The notes under the pieces are model-generated. The model searched no databases. It was not told the origin of the DNA and saw only the letters and a list, made by a program, of their open reading frames with translations. DNA of 64,000 nt, taken from NCBI RefSeq assembly GCF_964355755.1, contig NC_092670.1, positions 6,376,201 through 6,440,200 of the forward strand, given 5' to 3'. Numbering within the stretch: position 1 is the stretch's first letter; the number at the start of each line of letters is the position of its first letter. This document shows positions 14,301-28,474 of this stretch, in pieces. The position numbers were made by a program, and so were the translations under genes. The stretch is from Antedon mediterranea (lineage: Eukaryota > Animalia > Echinodermata).

Positions 14301-17300
14301 ATGTGTCCATTTCTCTCCGCAGATTTTTATTTATTTGTCGAGTTGGGCGTTGTTCACATTGAGCAGGAAATGTGATTTCCGGTGAGAAAATATTGAAGCT
14401 AGGCAAGCAAGTTTGTATTCATACTGTGATAGCAAATATAATTTCAAATTTAACTATATTAATTATAAGAAATGTTGTAAGTGTAAGCTACAGTACAGTA
14501 CAAATAGGCCTTTGCTTTCTTGATGAGGAATTTCCTTGCATTCAGTGAAACGGACTGTTGGTTAGTCGCTGTCACACAACATACACACCTCAAATTTGAT
14601 GAACATGTTCACATCCCTGATTAAGGGGACCACCTTCTGGACCCAACAACTAATAAGGCCAGGGTGTTAGAACATAGCTATTTTACAGGAAAGTTTCTCC
14701 TAAATAGGGGTGTCCCAAAGGAGGGGTTTTTGATGATATTAGTTTAATACATTGCAACACACCTTTGTGCTTCAATGATTTTACTGCCTACCCTTTGATT
14801 GTGGTTTTTACAATAAAAATGCAATATATCGTTATTATTAATTATGTCTATCCTGGTACAAGTACTATACATATTCCACATGATCACATCTTTTAAAAAA
14901 TAGTATAGTAGTAGATAAAAAAGTTTATATAATGTTTATTAACACCTAAAATAGGACCTGTTTCTATTGAAGAGAATAAATATATTTTATATATCTAAGA
15001 CCGTATTTTGAAAGAACTGTATTTTCTTCCAACAGAAATGGGTCCTTTCCAAAACCCACAAAAATGAGCCGACCTTAGATGGTTTTAAAAATCCAAATTG
15101 ATTCTTGTCTCAATTGTCAAAACTGGTTATAAAAACGCTTTCTTTTAACTGCAATGCAAATACAGTATTTACTTGACCTGACCTCGGAAGGTCACTGATA
15201 CAAGCATTTGACTATGAGTATATGTTTGGTTTGACAACATTGCACAACAAATAATTAAAAACCTAATTTTCCAATAAAACTATTCTTTTGGATTTTTTCT
15301 ATAGAAACAGTTCCATAGTAACATCATTACTATTCTGTTGTTTGGTTGAAATATAATATACATAAATTCATATGATATTTTATTAGCAATGAATAATAAT
15401 TGGCCACATTTCCCTCTGTCACTACCAACATTATAACGTTATTGTAGGCTTTAACAAACAATAAACATCCGTAAAGTAACAAAGCCTTTAATATCCTTAA
15501 GACCTGTATATTAGGCAATAATTGTGCAGCTTTTTTATGTAAAGCCTACACAATACAGCCTACACAGTACAGTACATTGAAAAATAAATCAGTCCCAACC
15601 AAATAAAACAAAGCAATGTACAGTAGCCTACTGAAACTGCTAATTCAATGCAACTATTTTATTTTAAAAAAAATGAATATTAAACAAAATATTACTTCAT
15701 CAGACTGTAATATCAGGCACCACAACCTAAAATGCACCTCTAAAATCAATTTTTAAATTTAGTCACAAACGTACATTGTAATTCAAAATAATCCATCTAT
15801 AACACTAATAAATGTTAATTTGTAAAACTATTTCATTACTGGTTGGTACGGTTACCCAGTAGAATTATTCATTTTTGTTTTAAAAAAAAAGCTGAAACCA
15901 TAAAATATTCTCATAAATGAAAAATGATGGCAGATATTTATATACTCTACCATGATATTTTAAAGTTTTAAAATAGGAACATTACATAAGTAGAAGGAAA
16001 CACATTCATACTATAATGCCCTGTTTAAATGCCCAAACGTTTCAAATTAAAATGGTACACAGTGCAATATAGTTTTGTTCATCGTATGCTTGTAGCAACC
16101 CATTTCTAGTATTATCCTAAAATATGCTAGAAGTTGTTTCTTTAACTTCTTCGGCTTGACCCAGGATGAAACTGAATGAAATAAATTCGCTTAATTTTTC
16201 AATGGGTTACAATAATTTTCTAGCTTGGGCAAAGAGTATAACTATAAAAAAAAAGCATGAAATTTGAGTTGTTGACACATAATCATAGAGAATAGAGAGA
16301 AATGGCGAACCGCGATGACGTCACTCAAATTTCACCGAGTGGGTATAGATTGTAAACAAACCATTTCGTCACATGTTTTTGTATGGGAAATTCCGATGGG
16401 TTGAGTTAAAAAGGTAGGTAGAAAAGAACGTTTAAAACACACATAATAGCAGTATCTTTTTTTTTTGCAACACCCTTAACAATTTTAATGTTATATGGGC
16501 AAATCTTAACATATTTTATTTTGATTTAGATTGAATTAAGACGCGTTTTTGTTATATACTGTACCCAGCTCTAGGCCCTAGATAGTTGGCCTGTATGCTG
16601 TAGTACCTCGAGTACTCGAGCCTAGCACGGATTATCGGTTATTATAATAATAATATTGGAAATTCGTTATTGCATACTGTACTACTACTAATACTTTAGC
16701 TAGGGTGCTGCTAGGCCTCTCCTAGCTAGGCCTAGCATTAGTTTCAGCTTGACAACTGCCATTCTGTTATGTGGCTAGTGATGCTACCTGCAGCAGGGGG
16801 CTACCGCCAGTAATGAATACTTGATAACACCATTCTACTATAATACTATAGGCCTAGTCTAATGTAGACCTACAGATATGAGATATTTTTAGGAATATGA
16901 TTGTGAATGATGGATGACTTTTATACATATTTCATTGTTTTATTGGTTTATTTTCAGTTATATAATGCCACACTACTGTATTGCATTTGGTTGCAACAAT
17001 GTGTCAACGCCATGATTCACGTGTATAAACATAGGAAATGTGCCGCCCTCAACGGTTTGTTATGATTTTATACCCACTCGGATTTTAGGCGTCGGTTCGC
17101 CATTTCTCTCTATTACACATACAGACAAATAAAAAGAACAAGTTACAGTAGTATGAACATATTCTATTATCTTTGGAATTTTGAGTTAAAAATATGGACT
17201 GAATAAATTTCCTGTATGTATTTGTTTTACACTACAGTAAATTGCTACTTAATGTTCGGCTAGAATTTTATTAAGATGATGACAATTTTTTTAATGACTA

Positions 17301-20300
17301 AACAATAGTAATTACATACAATTGGTCCCCGGATAACACATTATTTTCAAGTTTTTAGTAACGGTCTGTCCGGATTTTGCAGGGGTTAAAGCTCTGTCTA
17401 CACTATCTAACTAGTTTGACAAAAAAAAGTGTAGTGCCCAAATATGGTAGTGATATGCCCAAATATTGTAGTGATATGATATCATCATGTCTACTGTATA
17501 TGGGCACATCACATTTTGTTGAATGTCACAGAACTTTAGAGTGACAAGTCAAATTTGCAGGATATAGTACAGTGTCGGCCATTTGTGACTGTAATTGTAA
17601 TGACCTCTCAAAAAATGTTATTTGATGTTATTATTCAGTTTTAGACTTTAGATTCAAGGATGCTCCAGTTCTCTGGTGTTCCAACTTGGAAAGGTGAAAT
17701 TTTGGCAGCGAAACAAGAGAGAGTTCGCTATTTAAATTAAAGAATTTTTAAAACAATCTGGAGCATCAGCATCTAGGTGCTTTCCAAACATAGAAAACAG
17801 AAAATTGGTTGAGATGCCTTTTCGGAAACTATGGTACAGTACTGTAGTAGAACAATAATTTAATTTAGAAACAATAAATTAAAATATGTTTCTTCCATAA
17901 AAAATAATCAGGAAAAATTGGGCCAGTCTGCAAGTGCTTGAAATGTTGTATACCAAACCTTATTAAAAGTACAATGAATAAGTTGGGACGATTTACCATG
18001 GAAACTAATAATATGATATACGGCTTTGTAGTTATCTGTATTCAAAGCTTCACTGCTCTTTGTTGCTAGGTTACCATACATAATTATCCACAAACAATGC
18101 ACACTTTGCCATAATTAGTATTAATTGTATTAATTATGTATAACAATAATTAATTGTTTTTTGGTGAAAGAAAGCCTGTGAGAATAAATGAAATTTGTTG
18201 GAGTGTGTCTAATTTTGTGTTTAAATTAATTTTCATTTTCAGTATTTTCCATCTAATTCAATTTTTATCATCAATAATGAGAATTTGTTATTTCCCCAGG
18301 ATCTAAAATTGGTATTTATAATAATAATTTCTGTGGAAACGTAGAGATAAACCTCATTATTAATACTATTGAATTAATAATTACAGTATTAATTTGAATC
18401 AGGTCCTCCTAGGTAAGTTCTAAGGCCGGATTATCCCTATTGGAGCACTGTAATAAAACGGCAATCTTTTTTAAATGAATGTATTAGTATTAAGGAATAA
18501 AATTTTAGATTTGGAATTTCTATTAATAATAAAGACTCTAGACGGTTCCCTTCCATTGGATGGTTAAGGGCAATTAATAACCTTTATGTTACCTGATTGA
18601 TTGAAGAACGAAAATGACAGAACGCAGCATTTCAGTCGTTTTGAATTTGTCAAAACAACAATTTTCCATTTTTAGATAAGAGTTGAATTAAAAGAAGCCC
18701 CAACTTAAACGGTGTTAGTATTGTCTTAAGTTTATGAGGAGATAAGGATGAGAGTAATAATAATTATAGTAGTGCTATAATGAATTACTGTATAATTACA
18801 CTGTCCTTTCAAATTACATAACCAAACTAACCCCACAATAGAACAACTCATTTCTTCTGCTTCCTTTAAGACCATCAATACATCAGCCAAAATATCCATT
18901 CATTATTTAACACAAAGGGGCAACACTATCCAACATCTGTTGCTTTTATTAATATTCATTAAGAATTTATGACGTATCAATAATTCATTGTCTAAAATAC
19001 CGAATTATGTTTTCATACCAATTTCAATATAAAATGTATGACAATAAAGAGATAAATAACAGTCATTTACTTTTCAATAAACGTTTATCAATTGTGACAT
19101 TGTATTTATATCGTATTTGTTATTAATACAATGATGTAAACAAGCTAGTGACATTGACAATTTAATATGCAAAAAAACATTGTAAATGTAATACTAAGCT
19201 TTTGATGAGCGACGGCCGATGATCAAACTACGTCATCATTGTGCGCATCCAGATTGGGACGCGTGTCCTTGATCTCTTCCTCGACTCGTGTTTGATGGAC
19301 TGGTTTAACCGACAGCCAGCGAGATGTAATAAGCCGAAGGCTAGTGGGTGTACTCCAGACTGAAAAGTGATTCCAAAAGGAGGGGAAACCAACAAGATGG
19401 CGGCAGTAAATGTGTTCAAAAACATTATTTAATATAAAAAATCATAATCTTTTATAATACATTAATACCACGTAAATTACAACACATATTTTTGTCAAAG
19501 GACAGTGAAGTTTTTATAAAATTATATATATTGTTAACCGCAATGGAATGAATAATTTCTTGGTAATCTAGCATTTTTTGGTATACAAGGATCATATAGT
19601 ATGCTTTCGCGTTTATACGCTTAACATGCTGCATTGCGTATCGTTCTCATGCAGATATGCTCAACACAGGCATACTGTATAGCACTAGCAGTGGGTACTG
19701 CATGGGGCATATCTGATGGGTCGATTGCAGCCGTTATCTTCGGCTATACATCACTGCAAACAGCACATCAATCAAACCTAGGTCGGTCGTCGCATATCAA
19801 AATCTCGCTATTTGTTGTTACAAGTGGTGCTAAGAATAATTGACTTAGTCAATATTAAATATAATACCGGTATTGGTTATTACGATAATAACATTGTTGT
19901 TTTATACCAAAATCTTGGAAATATTATTTAATATCCTGGTGCTGTAGCTCATCAATCAATTTATTTTTTCAACTATAAATGTATTTAATAACTACTTTCT
20001 GAAACATAGTCAACTACGTAGTCATAATACACGTAATGCAAATGATTATCTTTTACCTAAAGTGTATAAACAATTTGATCAAGAACTCTATTAAATACCA
20101 AGGAGCTAAATTATGGAATTCAATCCATGTAGTTATTTAAATTGCATCTACAACTTCTAAATTTAAATTAGTATACAAGAACTATTTACTTTCAAGATAT
20201 GATGAACGTTAAATATATATATTTTATAAGACCAGTTAAGATCGGATAATATGGTTTAAATAGAAATTGTAGCTTTGTTTTATTTTATTTTTTATTAGTT

Positions 20301-23300
20301 TATGTATTTTTTTTTTTTTTTTGTATATAATGTTATGTCTTTGGGTGGGTCAAACTTAAAGTCTTTATGACTCTCCCCACATAATCACTTCATTGCATTT
20401 ATGTATGTATTTTATTATTGTGGGAAAAAAAGGAAATTGAAATTTAACTATAATTTCCTGGTATTTAGCATAGTTTTGTTCAATTTAAAATTCAAAACTT
20501 GTTAAATAATTCCAGCTATTGTTTATTGTGTAATTGTTTCAGCAACTGAGAGTTACATTTATTTGATTAATATTAAGTTGAAATTTTGTTTATCTTTTTT
20601 TAATGTGACTGCAAGTGGTTAGTTTCCATTGTTTTCAACACTGAATTTATTTTTATCACAAATTCTTGAAAAACGTAAGCCAACAATTATTGATGCTCTG
20701 TCTTTCGACAAGAAAGCAAAGAATTCAATAAAATGCCCTTTGACCTTATTAACAAAAACTATTATTTTAAGGCCAGTTTCTATTGCACAAGTTTTGTTGT
20801 ACGGTAGTAGAAATTAGTTTATATTCAGAAGAAGAAGGCCCTACAATTATTTTAAGTGTTATTAAACTGTATAGTTTGTTTATGAACTATCTATTTGATG
20901 AAACCGTTGAAGTTACGCTATGTATTGTCCAATTCAACACTCTATTAACTTTCTAATAATCTACAGGTCTATTTCACAGAAATCCTAACGATTTTCCATT
21001 GGTTGATTTTTCATTAATATATTCATAACCACAGTAAAATATGTACATGGTTTGAAATTATTTTTGTTTGTTTAAAATCCACATTTTGTAAAATACAAAC
21101 AAAACACATCATTTAAAAATAGAGATAAAATACCTAAAGTTTAAAATACAAATACAAGCAAGATTGGTGTGTGAAGATGGTATACAATAGCATAAAATGA
21201 TCAACGTTTCCAAGTTTCATTGAATTGTCTAATAGGGAGAAACGAGTTTCTCATTCTATTGGTTTTCCATCTTGGATACACTAAACGCCCTGACTAATAC
21301 TAAAGACAAGTGTAATGGTGGAGAGGGTGATTTGTGTTTTAATTATGAACAATTACAACCTTTTATATTATTTTAGGAATGACTACTTTAATAATTTGAT
21401 TTTTCATTTGTTAATTATAATTTGTTTTTTCTTTACAGGCAATAGAACCTTTTATGTACAATTATTACTTTATGGAGTTGGTGTTCCATTGGTGTCTCAT
21501 CATGTCTGTTCTGTTTGATATTAAAAGGAAAGTAAGTATTGTAATGCAAGTTCGTTAAAATCGGTGGGCAACATTAAATATGTTAGCGCCTTCTTATTTT
21601 GTAGCTTATTTTGATTTTAAATTGTTTAACAATAATTATCTATGTAAGCTACAAAAAATTATAACCAACCAACGCCTTGTTTTTAGGGCACCATAAAAAT
21701 CAACTAACACTGGCTGAGTCAACCTGTTGAAGTATTGTGAAATAAATAAATAAAATTTAAAAAGCTAATAATATGAGACTCAAATGTCATATTAAAAACA
21801 TACTAACTGTAAATCCTATCCTTGTTGAATTTAACCTTGCTTTTGGATTTCGTAACATTTGCATGTAAAAACAGTAATGATTGAAATTGCATGAAATGTT
21901 GTTAATATCTGAAGTGAACTGTAGTGTAATCACATCCTTCTCTTCTAAATAATGCTCATGAATAAATCATTCATATTATATTTCTTACACAACATTTAAT
22001 AGTCATTTTTCTCATTATTAAAGCAGGGCAGTGTCCTAAGAAATGTGTTCAAAATTTAACTTAAATATTTTTAATATAAGTTTCAATTCATTTCCATAAA
22101 AATATTCAAACAAATATTAAATAATAATAGGTGCATTTTGTTTACTTATTTTTCTGTAATTTTGTTGTGCCGAAATTTAATATCAAATCAAGAACTACCA
22201 TGAAGTATATAAAATGTCTGATAAATAATAAAAAATTCCAAATTGAATGCCAAATATCTACTGTACTGTAGGATACAGGAAACTAGGTATTGTAATACTT
22301 CAACAATCACAGCATGAACAATACAGTGTCTAAAGCCATTTTCTATAGAAAAATAACCATACAAGAATTAGGGTTTCCTACACAGCTATAGTACAGTATG
22401 TATACACATCCCACCAAATGAACAATGAATACAAAAAGAGTGGCATTTTTTCCTCTTTATTTTCAATAAAAGATCATTCCATGTTGAAAGCATTCTTCAC
22501 ATTATTGTGAACCGATCAATTCAAACCCGATGATTCATCATTTGGTAAATCAACATATAAACATGATTGAAACATTTATATTTAAGTGCATATTATATAA
22601 ATCCATTTCGTCTTGCTTGGCATGGGGTAGTTCCAGAATTTTCCAACATATGTCCTCCAAAAATTGGTATTTCTCAGAATGCAACATTTTAATCTATTTA
22701 TCAAATGAGAAAAGACAGCAAAACCGGATAATTGTTTGTAAAAAAAATAAAGCATATTTGTTAGGTATAATTTATATTCTACTGCAGTTATTGCAGTAAC
22801 TACATTTTTAAACTGTAATGATATTATTTTGTTCCACATTATAGAGGTTTTTGAGTTTGAGTCCATAGTTTTGTGGTGTTTGTGGATTAGAAAGCCTGGA
22901 TTACAGAATAAGCAATACATTACATGTTTTAGGTCCTAGCCACACCCTAAACATATTGTTATTTTAAAAGATAATGTGGTTTTAATATTCAAAATATCAA
23001 TAAACATTGCTTGTTCTTGGAGCTCAGGTACAGGCAGGAATTTTAAATATAATATCTGGTTAATTGTACATAAATAAATTATTTGTAATAGAAATCAAGA
23101 CAAAAAAAACATGAATTTCCCTTAAAATGGTCAAATACAAAATTTGGAAAAATTCTGCTATAAAAAACATATAAAATTCTGCATAAACAGTGTATAAACC
23201 TTGATAAATAATGTTAAAAGGTTCAATAGTAAAATTGTAGTTATACTGCAGTAACATGCTCCCTTACACAATGGAACGTAAAAATATGTTATTTTACCAT

Positions 23301-25931
23301 CATCGGCAAAATGCTAATTGTAACCTTCGTTTTACAGGATTTTTTACCGAACATCATTCATCACTTCGTGACCGTTATGTTGATTAGCTTTTCGTGGGTG
23401 TGTAATTTTGTAAGAATAGGAGGACTTGTGTTGACCTGCCATGACCTGTCTGATGTCTTCCTTGAGGTAAATATGCAAATATGTTTGTCCAAAAAAAAAT
23501 TACCATATTTTTACCCCTAAATTACAGTATTACCTTGCTACCTTAAAACCGACCTCAGGCTGTAAAAATTGCATCTATGTAACAGCAGTACATGTGCATG
23601 CCATTCATCTTGTGTTTTTTTTAAAAGCTGTATTGTCCCCCAAAAAATTATGAAAAATAAAGAGATTTGAAAAGTTATTCACTTCCATAGCTAAAAAAAC
23701 AAACACAAATTCTGATTTAACTAGCCTGTAATTGACCGAGTATTGACTTGCATTAAAAAATAATAATTGTGTCTTTTTTTTATATTTTTCAGTCAGCCAA
23801 GATGGCCAAATACGCCAATCGAGAATCTTTAACAAATGTTCTATTTGCCATATTTGCTATTACATTCTTTTTTTCCAGAATTGTCATGTTACCTTATAGG
23901 TAAGTTTTGGGCAGTTATCCCAACAGGCTCTTTTAAACTAATAGGAAAGACCTGTATATAGAATGAAAACATTAACCCCTAAAATCTCTTTAGTGGAGAA
24001 ATGGTCTAGCCCTGTGGAATGAGAGACAGAGTCAATGCCCTCATGTAAGAGGGAGAAGTGGAGAGATGGTGTAGCCCTGTGGAATGAGTGACAGTCAGTA
24101 ACCTTTTGTAAGAGGGATAAGTGGAGAGACAGTCTTGCACTGTGGAATGAGTGACAGTTAGTAACCTTTTGTAAGAGCGAGAAGTTGAGAGATGGTGTAG
24201 CCCTGTGGAATGAGTGACAGTCAGTACTTTTGTAAGAGGGATAAGTGGAGAGATAGTGTAGCACTGTGGAATGAGTGACAATCAGTTACCTCTTTTAAGA
24301 GGGAGAAGTGGAGAGATGATGTAACCCCATGGAATGAGTGACAGTCAGTAGCCTCTTGTAAGAAGGAGAAGTGGGGAGATAGTGTAGCCTTGTGGAATGA
24401 GTAAAAGTCAATGACCTCTTGTAAGAAGGAGAAGTGGGGAGATGGCGTAGCAGTTCAAGTTCCAGCTCAATGCGATGCACGTCTGAGAATACAGTTAACT
24501 CTCCTAACTAATCCTGAAAACCAGACACTCTCCCAAAACCAGACTTATTTTGTTAAAAGTTTTCCTAATAAAGTATGTAAAAAAAAACAAAACACTTAAG
24601 CCTGTTTAGAATGCATATATGCTAGTTGTAAAGTCTTGTGTGCTAAAAATTTGTTTTCTTATTTGCAGAATCATCTATAGTTCTATGGTGGAGAGTCATG
24701 CGATAGTAGGCTTTTTCTATTCTCATATATTCTTAAATGGTTTGATGTGTGTGTTGCAAGTCCTTCATTTTTACTGGTTTTACTTAATCAGCTGCATGGT
24801 CTATAGTAGCGTTGTCAAGGGAAAGGTATTTATCGTCTTTTCAATAATTGTTTCTATTACTTTATTTCATAGAAAGAATTTAAGGACTTGCCTTGACCGT
24901 AAGATCAAAGGAAAATCTGATCTACCAGCCTATTCAAAAGCACTGCTGTCAATAAAGATATTCTCTTACCATTTCCATCTATGGAATTGTACCTTTGATC
25001 TAAGATCGTTGCAAGTCCTCTTTCCTTTCGGTGTTGAGGTTAACAATAAAAGTATTTTTAGACAGTGGAAACAGACCAATTAAACTAAAAACAACAGTGT
25101 TAATTTTGTATGTGTAACATGTACTGTTTTTTAAATGTAATTTTATTGAAAATTTAATTGGAATAGTAATTTACTTTGAGAGTATATGTATCACACTGCC
25201 CTCTACCAACCTATTCTTATTTGCCAGTATCTGATCATCATATATAAATAATTTGCAGGTATAATAAGTAAGGTTATTATTAGTTGTTGCTTGGTGGTTA
25301 AAATGCTCAGCTACTAATCCTAGATGACTTGTAAAAAGATTGTGTTTAAATAGTGTAGAGTATCTTGCCACCTTTGTGAAGGACAATGAATGAACTTGCT
25401 TATGGCTGTTCTTGGCAAGCAATATTCCTAAATAAATAATAATCACCTCATCCCACTACTCAACCACCATCTGACTTGCTACTTAAGCGGCTCTTCTGGC
25501 CCTCTACTCAACAATTTGCACGCAGGGTCAGTGGCCGTATTCACCAATCACACTTAAGTGAGAGATTTGAGTATTTCACTCAATTCAATAAATATTTAAG
25601 TAGTTTATTTAAGTTCCCTTAAATTGTATTCAATTTAATAGATTTTTTGTTGATTTGTTTAAATTTTTAAATGCAAGTGTTTCCCTTAGCCTACGTGTGA
25701 ATGGTGAATACAGTCACAGAGCTGAGAGTCTTGTCGTCCTGCTCAATCTCTATTGCATTTAATTTACAATACCATTAAACAATTTGATTTACTTTTTCGC
25801 AGGTTGGTAAGGATAACCGAAGTGACGATGAAAGCTCTGGAGAATCGGACGAAATTGTCGAGAATCATTTAAATGGTAGTGCGAAAAAACATGCTAACAA
25901 TGGTATGGAAATCAACAGCAACGTTTCTTAG
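5367..25931 (+). CDS. CERS6: Ceramide synthase, homeodomain-containing CerS5/6-like, 376 aa. Exons 5367-5536, 13472-13708, 14183-14291, 21439-21531, 23338-23466, 23793-23899, 24669-24825, 25803-25931
   Basis: N-terminal WFWNERFWLPPNITWAD with an N-glycosylation sequon; Hox-like domain LAKQLDWSERQVERWFRVRRN; Lag1p motif KRKDF..IIHHFVT..LISFSW..NF.RIG.LVL..HD.SD.FLE; C-terminal DNRSDDE motif. The exons sum to 1131 nt with compatible phases and GT-AG sites. The specific paralog (CERS5 vs CERS6) cannot be resolved. Confidence 0.95.
7418..7762. mobile_element. 345-bp Kolobok-like MITE (second copy)
   Basis: TTAA TSD on both sides, the same TIRs, and alignable end to end with 2051-2395. Confidence 0.85.
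9340..9567 (+). mobile_element. Degenerate 3' end of an RTE-clade LINE
   Basis: Fragments translate to ..RCRDDI.., WARTAQNR and WQMLEEGY, matching the RTE C-terminal pattern RWxDDI..W..AQxR..W..L.E.Y, followed by a short GAT repeat. Confidence 0.5.
11955..12230 (-). mobile_element. 3' end of a CR1/L2-type LINE
   Basis: The minus strand translates PRVWDQLP (a WNxLP-type C-terminal motif), followed by a 3'UTR, AATAAA and an (ATGAA)n tail. Confidence 0.45.
13860..14100 (+). mobile_element. Degenerate Deu/Nin-domain SINE in CerS intron 2
   Basis: GGATAAGGACTACAAACTGTAGGTCC...TTAAAGAACCTAGTACGTCTTTCGAGACGAGT resembles the Deu/Nin central domain. The 3' GAGC..GGCGCTATATA matches the L2-derived tail also seen at 34184-34495. 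Confidence 0.55.
16284..17114. mobile_element. About 830-bp TIR element, P-superfamily-like
   Basis: Perfect 22-bp inverted repeat AATAGAGAGAAATGGCGAACCG / CGGTTCGCCATTTCTCTCTATT plus the subterminal inverted CCGAGTGGGTATA / TATACCCACTCGG. The left terminus is CATAGAG; the right terminus appears clipped. The superfamily assignment is tentative. Confidence 0.7.
17390..17535. mobile_element. Harbinger-like MITE family A, truncated copy next to a piggyBac-like end (GCAGGGG-TTAA)
   Basis: AGCTCTGTCTACACTATC start and internal sequence homologous to 865-1028. Confidence 0.65.
20040..20445 (+). mobile_element. 3' end of a CR1/L2-type LINE (ORF2 tail plus 3'UTR)
   Basis: Translates SIKYQGAKLWNSI. 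The 3'UTR is near-identical to 37847-38127. Confidence 0.65.
23626..23700. mobile_element. Left-end fragment of the Kolobok-like MITE
   Basis: AGCTGTATTGTCCCCCAAAAA..TGAAAAA..AAGTTATTCACTTCCATAG matches the start of the 2051 and 7418 copies. Confidence 0.6.
23992..24452. repeat. Minisatellite, 63-bp unit, about 7 diverged copies, in CerS intron 6
   Basis: Unit GTAGCCCTGTGGAATGAGTGACAGTCAGTAACCTTTTGTAAGAGGGAGAAGTGGAGAGATGGT recurs at 24071, 24134 and 24197, among others. Confidence 0.9.
25532..25716. mobile_element. MITE with CAG target duplication (Harbinger-like)
   Basis: CAG|TGGCCGTATTCACCAATCACAC...GTGTGAATGGTGAATACAGTCA|CAG. Confidence 0.65.
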
Positions 25932-25996
25932 ATTGCTGTTGTCTGCCAAAATGCTCATTTCAATGCCTTGGCGAACTTTCTACCTGACATCCTTAC

Positions 25997-26306
25997 AGAT
26001 GTATTGTCCCCCAAAATCATGAAAAATAAAGATAAATCAAACTTTGAATAGGATATTTTGCATTTTTAAAGAAGTTATTCACTTCCATAGAAAAAAAATA
26101 ATGATTTCACTTATAAAGACAAATAAACTGTTCAAATAAAACCAAAAACCCATGGTTTGACAGACAATTTGGTTTTAAATATTTTTCCGGTAAATAATTT
26201 TTTTGCTGATCCAATTTTTAGTGAAATTATTATTTTGTGGCATTAAAATGGCGTGTTCAACACAAATATTTTTGAAAAATTATTTTTTCGGGGAGACAAT
26301 ATATCT
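25997..26306. mobile_element. Kolobok-like MITE (older copy) in the CerS 3'UTR
   Basis: AGATGTATTGTCCCC...GGGAGACAATATATCT|TTAA, alignable with 2051-2395. Confidence 0.8.
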
Positions 26307-27032
26307 TTAAATATCTCTACTTGACAAAGAAGCATTTTTTTAGATTCTATGCAGTGTTTATTTTATCAAACGTAGTGTTTATTTGTTTGAGAAAAAAATA
26401 ATTGTCAAATCTTTTTTAACATTGTAATTGTTGTATATTTGGTCCTATTCGTCAACGTATCAGGCTTCTTTTTTTCTCATGTAAAAATATTTTACACAGC
26501 AATATTTGATTGAAATTTAATTTTGTTTTTATTCCAATATATATATATACTTTTATTTCTATTCATTCATTTGTTTCAACTCTCCCAATTGAAACAACAT
26601 AACATTGCACAGTACACTTTTCACTATAGTATATCCTAAATATACCAATGCAACAATATATTATGCAAAATTTACCATGTGTATGAAATACTAAATTATC
26701 TAACACCTTTCCACTTCCAAAAAGAAATAAAACATATTCAAAAAAGAATAATATAACATACAATATTAATTAAATATTAATATAATAATGGTAAAGGTTA
26801 ATTCATCTCCTTTTTAATAATTAAGAATATACTCTAAATATAAAATTGTAAGGAATATACCTATATATAGATATACTGTATACTATTACTTATTAGATAT
26901 TCATTTAACACATCACTGTACCTCAAATTGTCCTTAGATTAATAAACATCATAAGAATAAATTACATTTAGAAAAAGCAATATATGGTGTGAGACCGGGT
27001 ATGAATGCTCATCAAAGTTTGAGTCCCTAAAA

Positions 27033-27150
27033 TTGTTTCCCACTATACATCAAGACAAGTAAATTGACCAATCACTAGCATTTGATTTTCAAAACTGTGT
27101 CTTGTGATTGGTCAGATTACCTATGTTGCACATACGTCCTTGTGGGAAGT
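27033..27150. mobile_element. Degenerate MITE family B
   Basis: TTCCCACTA...TTGACCAATCAC...GTGATTGGTCA...CGTCCTTGTGGGAA, homologous to 31185-31311 and 51768-51900. Confidence 0.5.
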
Positions 27151-28474
27151 GTAACAAATTATGAGCAAAGAGTAACGATTACTATGCTTTTATATTCCAA
27201 TACTCGACTGATTCAATATTTGTATTAGCATCAGTTTCACAATACCTTATTTGGTAATGTAATAACGACTGCATATGTACACAGAAGTATAAAACTATAA
27301 TAATAATTATATGATAATATGATACTAGGATCTATATATAGTTTTATTATTATCATTTATATTGATATATCTTCCTTTGCATTCCTTTTATTTTTTTGTA
27401 TTGAATACCATATTTCAAAATATTAATTTACAGTGAATCATATACATTAACCAACAATTATTTAATACTTATTATACTTGGATTATTATTTTTAGTACAT
27501 TTAACAATTATTTATAGAGAAAAAACATTTGTAGACCATGTAGTATTAAGTTACTATACTATACACTAATGAAAACAATAGTGCCTTAAATAATTATTCA
27601 ATGCCTGCATTTTAAATTATTTCAAATTGAATTATGGGACAAAAACTTTATTTTTAAAACCTTATTAGCGATGTCATCTTGTTGCGATATTGAGACATAT
27701 ATTAGGCCTACCGGTACCTAATAAATCTTATACAATAATCTACTATCATGAATACATTACATACATTTTTAAACATCCTTCCCAACCCATATCTTACATA
27801 TGTACCCTATCTCTTATGTGAGATGAATAAATTGAGAGGGTTAATCACAAATTAAACTCCACAATTTCATTAGGAAAATATTATCATGTGCATACTACTT
27901 GCGTATACTAGGCTGAAAAGTCTACCTTGAATCATGGAGTTTCAAATATATTTGTTTTTGTTGTTTTCATCCATGTATGTCCTTGCTTTGTCAATTTCCT
28001 TGAAAACATAGGACGCCTTGATGTTTTGTCTTTGGCATTGAAAGGTAGTTGCTAGCACCAATGCTCATATTATGCAATCTTAAGATGTACCCCTTATACA
28101 TCCTTACTGTTAATAACATACACCTTTGGCACTGCCGCAACAACAGGATTGAACTGGATATTATTTGACCCCGCCTTTTACTTAGTATTTTTAATTTTGC
28201 AAGGAGTTTTCTCCCCACCTCCCACTAAAGGAGCAAATTCTCCTGAAAGATTAAAAAGTTTATTTTATACTGTACTGCTAGACAGTACAGCTAGACAGTA
28301 CAGTAGTTTGATAACTCAAGGCGAAAAACACATGCTTTTGTTTACCATTGCCAAGATTTCTTAAATAGCGCCCTCTATGGTTTCAAGTATTATCAAAATG
28401 TATACTGATTAGTCATGCTTGCTAAATGTTTGCAGATATCTTTTTTTTCCCACTCTAGATAGAAGTAGTATTAG

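Noticed and set aside
14515-14580. Hammerhead ribozyme-like TTGATGAG..GAAAC..GTC
   Set aside because: Stem II is interrupted, stem III is weak and no stem I pairing is evident.
23938-24480. Repetitive minus-strand ORFs (HSFHRATPSLH / THSTGLHHLST)
   Set aside because: They are a by-product of a 63-bp (multiple of 3) minisatellite inside a CerS intron, open in several frames with no gene structure.
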